From positions 1,920,001 to 1,984,000 of the forward strand of contig OZ219790.1 of assembly GCA_964291215.2 (NCBI GenBank): a stretch of 64,000 nt of DNA, in the 5' to 3' direction. Within the stretch, counting starts at the first letter, position 1, and each line of letters opens with the position of its first letter. A program made the position numbers and the translations under genes. The notes under the pieces were generated by a model. The model ran no database searches. It was not told the DNA's origin and worked only from the letters and a program-made list of their open reading frames with translations. Positions 63,011-64,000 of this stretch are shown here, in pieces. Source of the stretch: Alphaproteobacteria bacterium. Lineage in GTDB: Bacteria > Pseudomonadota > Alphaproteobacteria > MPNO01 > UBA830.

Positions 63011-64000
63011 GTAGTCCACCGGCATTGTATTGATGGTTTTTGGTGGGTAGTATTCCTGTGTCGGCATCCGTTGGAATCTGGACAGTGTCGATATCCACAC
63101 GGGCAAGATGCCGAACAGGCAGCCGCAGCCCCATGTACAGGTCTGGACAACGGGAGCGGCGCAATGACAGGAGCAGCGTATATGGCCAACTCTCGGGGCA
63201 GGAAGCTCTACCGCGTGACCCTTTCGGCGCAGGAGCGCCGGGATCTGAAGGCGATTGTCGACGGCACCGGGGCTGCCTGGCGTCGGCGCCGGGCACAGGT
63301 CCTGATGCTGAGGGGGCGCTTGTCGATGCCGACATTGCGCAAGGGCTGGGCATCGGCACGGCGACGGTTGAGCGCTTGCGCAAGCGCTGCGTTCTGGAGG
63401 GGCTGGACGCCGCCCTCAGCCGCAAGGAGCAGGTGAACCGTCGGCCGAAACGGGGGCGATGGAGGCGAAGCTGGTCGCCCTGTTCGTCCCCGCCCGAGGG
63501 CTGTGGACGCTGAAGCTGCTCGACGGCCGTCTGGTGGAGATCGTCGAGCGCATTTCGGAAGAGACGGTCAGGAAGACGCTAAAAAAAAGAGATCAAGCCG
63601 TGGCTGAAGCAGTACTGGTGCATTCCACCGCACCGGAGCGCACAGTTCGTAGCGGCGGATGTGCTTGACATTTATCAGCGGGACTTTGCCGGGGACGAGG
63701 TGCTGGAGACCAGCCGGCAGCAGGAAACCCGCATCCCCCCGGTCAGCCGGAGGTGGTCGACTATGAATATGAGCGCAACGGCACGGCCAACCTCTTCATG
63801 GCCTTTGCGCCCAACGAGAACTGGCGCACGGTGAAAGTCACCGCCGCCGCGGGACTGGGCGCACTTCATCCGGGAGCTTGCCGACGACCATTTCCCCGAC
63901 AGAAAGATCGTGCTGGACAATCTGAACACGCACAGTCACTGTATGAAGCCTTCGAGCCCGAGGAGGCGGGTACGAAAGCGGTTCGAGTTTCGCTATACGC
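63011..64000 (+). mobile_element. second degraded IS630-family element (runs off right edge)
   Basis: Inserted at CTAG; VERLRKRCVLEGL, ISEETVRKTLKK A-run, DYEYERNGTANLFM, LDNLNTH. Confidence 0.8.

Noticed and set aside
1-64000. CRISPR array or cas genes
   Set aside because: No regularly spaced direct repeats or cas motifs seen; repeats present are IS copies

Overview
High-GC alphaproteobacterial (Rhodospirillales-like) chromosome. Bases 1-39.6 kb are mostly intact core genes: glmM-folP-ftsH-tilS, tol-pal, ruvCAB-yebC, ymdB-ygfA-zapA, fba-thiE, epmA/epmB/efp-suhB, a MotA/MotB-like pair, folA-thyA, a permuted two-piece tmRNA, sspB and a class I fumarase. Two patches of insertion-sequence debris interrupt them. 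Bases 40-64 kb are an accessory region with IS66/IS256/IS4/ISAs1/IS630 elements nested inside one another (ends and target duplications readable), a degenerate group II intron, a Type I R-M locus with an embedded MNT-HEPN pair and truncated hsdS, candidate defence genes and a tandem pair of tyrosine recombinases. The most striking signals are: (1) nearly all mobile elements and pseudogenes are riddled with dense short deletions, some shared between separately inserted copies, while neighbouring genes are clean; (2) three IS families carry putative DNA-modification passengers (a Dam-like methylase remnant on IS66, DUF4338/DruA-like domains on IS4 and ISAs1); (3) the MotB/OmpA-like protein has four exact-length 77-aa coiled-coil repeats. 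All family calls are by eye from motifs; no searches were run.
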